Assembly: GCA_024275415.1 (NCBI GenBank)
Contig: JAJRZD010000103.1
Location: 1-5,935, forward strand
Direction of reading: 5' to 3'
DNA from: an archaeon
GTDB taxonomy: Archaea; Asgardarchaeota; Thorarchaeia; Thorarchaeales; Thorarchaeaceae
Length of the DNA: 5,935 bases
Below, piece after piece: positions 4,802 through 5,935 of this stretch (positions are counted from its first letter, which is position 1; each line of letters opens with the position of its first letter). Under the pieces are notes generated by a model that saw only the letters and a list, made by a program, of their open reading frames with translations, was not told where the DNA came from and ran no database searches. The position numbers and the translations under genes are program-made.

Positions 4802-5935
4802 ATGCAGAAGAAGATTCTCATAGTGCTGATATTTGCAGTTCTAGTATCACAGCCGATTCTGGCTGGGACAAACACACCGTTCATAATCAATGAATTCGTG
4901 AATCAAGGAGTCATCGCTCAGGGGTTCAGGGTCGATCCATCCGAGCTGGACGATCATGTTCCCATTCTAATCGATGGTACTGATGACTTCATTTCTCAAG
5001 GATGGCCTGGTTCAGGCACCCAAGCAGACCCGTATCTGATATCGGCCCTCAATATCACAGCAGATGTTGGTATTATAGGGATTGACATCATGAATACTGA
5101 TGCATATTTCACCATCGTGGACTGTTTTATCAAGCAAGACTCACAATTAGAGGCTATCAGATTCACAAACACATCCCACGGACGGATTGAGTATAGCAGT
5201 GTTTTTGGACAAGACGTAACGCCCTCGTTTGGTGCTACCATATCCTTGGACAATGCAAACAACACGATTGTAAGTCAAGTCGATTTGTATGGTCGGGCGT
5301 CGATGGGATTGCAAGCCGATAATTCGTATAATATAGGAATCTTCGATAGCGTAATTGACAGCGCAGATTATAGGGCACTTCTAGTTCAGAATGCCGAATA
5401 TCTGCAAATCGAGAACAGTAGGTTCAATAACTATAACCCCTCCTACTGGTGCACTCGAATCGCGTACGTCAATTATACCTCAATCATGGATTCAGAGTTC
5501 TATGCAGACGGCACGATGGCAGGGATCTCAATCACTAACTCGTTCTATTCGACACTTACCAACATCTACGTATGGGCTCCGCTAGCCGATTATGGTATAG
5601 AAGTAATCACAAGCCCAGATGTCGTCCTCACAAACCTGACAGTCAAACAACCTATTGTTGGAGTTGCCATTACTGACTCACCAGGATTCAGATTCGATGA
5701 TGGTTTTATCTCAGACACATCCGATTCAGGGATTTCCCTTGTGAATTCACCTAACGCCACATTAATGGGTATCCAGATTGTCGATAGTACTCAGAATGGC
5801 ATTGATATATACCAATCAAATAACGTAACAGTTACGGATACAACAGCCACTAATCTTGGTATGTATGGGATTTACATCGAGGTTTCTGATCTACTGGTAT
5901 TCGAGAACATCTCCATTTCTGAAACGGGTCAAGAA
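4802..5935 (+). CDS. Second secreted parallel beta-helix surface protein, paralog of 1061..4627; 3'-truncated by the window edge and absent from the supplied ORF track
   Basis: Translated by hand: 378 codons with no stop, from ATG 4802 to the window end. It begins MQKKILIVLIFAVLVSQPILAGTNTPFIINEFVNQGVIAQGFRVDPSELDDHVPILIDGTDDFISQGWPGSGTQADPYLISALNITADVGIIGIDIMNTDAYFTI and ends GISLVNSPNATLMGIQIVDSTQN/GIDIYQSNNVTVTDTTATNLGMY/GIYIEVSDLLVFENISISETGQE. It has the same signal-peptide shape, N-cap and repeat register as the upstream gene. ATG 4802 is preferred over 4778 because MQKK aligns with MKPK. Confidence 0.92.
   Translation, partial: MQKKILIVLIFAVLVSQPILAGTNTPFIINEFVNQGVIAQGFRVDPSELDDHVPILIDGTDDFISQGWPGSGTQADPYLISALNITADVGIIGIDIMNTDAYFTIVDCFIKQDSQLEAIRFTNTSHGRIEYSSVFGQDVTPSFGATISLDNANNTIVSQVDLYGRASMGLQADNSYNIGIFDSVIDSADYRALLVQNAEYLQIENSRFNNYNPSYWCTRIAYVNYTSIMDSEFYADGTMAGISITNSFYSTLTNIYVWAPLADYGIEVITSPDVVLTNLTVKQPIVGVAITDSPGFRFDDGFISDTSDSGISLVNSPNATLMGIQIVDSTQNGIDIYQSNNVTVTDTTATNLGMYGIYIEVSDLLVFENISISETGQE

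Overview
The window holds three + strand genes, probably archaeal. The lineage is inferred from protein motifs to be Asgard/Thorarchaeota-like and has not been verified. (1) 2..643: the 3' part of a GNAT acetyltransferase, probably truncated by the window edge. (2) 1061..4627: a 1188-aa single-pass surface protein with a signal peptide, a conserved 'QGWPGSGT..DPY' N-cap, a long NosD/CASH-type right-handed beta-helix, three 90-aa Ig-like repeats, a Pro-rich linker, a TM helix and a basic tail. (3) 4802..>5935: a tandem paralog of (2), missing from the supplied ORF track because it has no stop in the window. A hairpin plus T-tract and a BRE/TATA-like element lie between the paralogs. The most notable points are the diverged tandem beta-helix surface-protein pair, cadherin-like acidic linker motifs in the Ig-like stalk, and a Trp-rich first Ig-like repeat with sharply raised GC3. 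No RNA gene, CRISPR array or mobile element was found.
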